This document shows, piece after piece, positions 63,690 through 64,000 of a stretch of 64,000 nt of DNA (its first letter is position 1; every line of letters begins with the position of its first letter). The position numbers and the translations under genes were made by a program. The DNA lies in the NCBI RefSeq assembly GCF_030144855.1, contig NC_082710.1, forward strand, positions 21,576,001 to 21,640,000. The letters are read 5' to 3'. The DNA comes from Hypanus sabinus. Lineage: Eukaryota. The notes beneath the pieces are model-generated. The model saw only the letters and a program-made list of their open reading frames with translations, was not told where the DNA came from and made no database searches.

Positions 63690-64000
63690 TTAAATAGCTA
63701 GTTCTTAATACTCAGCAGAAACTTAACCTAATTAGAAAGGTGGATCGCAGGAGAAAAGTGAGCCATCTATGGTTAACAGAAGTCAAGGACAATATTAAAG
63801 ACTGGAATATAGAAAGTGGTAAAGTGGTAAAGTGGGAGATCAAAGACTGAGAATCTTACAGAACTTGCAGTGAGAGTCTAAAAATGTTAATAGGAGGAGG
63901 AAGATTGATTTTGAGAGAAAAATGGCAAGCAATATCAAAGCAAACAATATAGGCTTCCATGGATATATTTAAAAATCTTGGTAGCTACAATAAGGGTTGA
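63690..64000 (+). mobile_element. CR1 ORF2 internal fragment (runs off the window)
   Basis: ..WLTEVKDNIK.. and IRRRKIDFERKMASNIKAN..FHGYI-like linker, homologous to 45480-45560 and 48000-48200. Confidence 0.6.

Overview
Eukaryotic, AT-rich, repeat-dense vertebrate genomic DNA, most likely from a cartilaginous fish (shark or ray). That call is inferred from the repeat families: V-domain/HE1-type SINEs, abundant CR1 and Rex1/Babar LINEs, and an elasmobranch-type Penelope terminal repeat. I could not identify any host protein-coding gene; the window looks like a long intron or intergenic region, and the long ORFs are transposon-derived. Best-supported elements: (1) a full-length but decayed 4.2-kb Gypsy LTR retrotransposon at 24120-28303 (215-bp LTRs, AGAC TSD, tRNA-Trp PBS); (2) a 2.4-kb RTE LINE at 45568-47978 with a 13-bp TSD whose reverse transcriptase is deleted in frame, nested in a CR1 LINE; (3) a second, internally deleted PNMA-like Gypsy remnant at about 60.0-63.0 kb; (4) an L1 3' end, Tc1 and Tigger remnants, and many CR1 and Rex1 fragments. 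The most interesting non-coding signal is eight copies of a 38-nt Penelope-terminal motif whose consensus is a minimal type I hammerhead ribozyme. Several copies occur as 120-145-bp insertions that stop at the ribozyme's 5' edge, two of them with clear 13-15-bp TSDs. A candidate recursive splice site lies on the minus strand at about 48365. Boundaries of degraded repeats are approximate and were set by eye.
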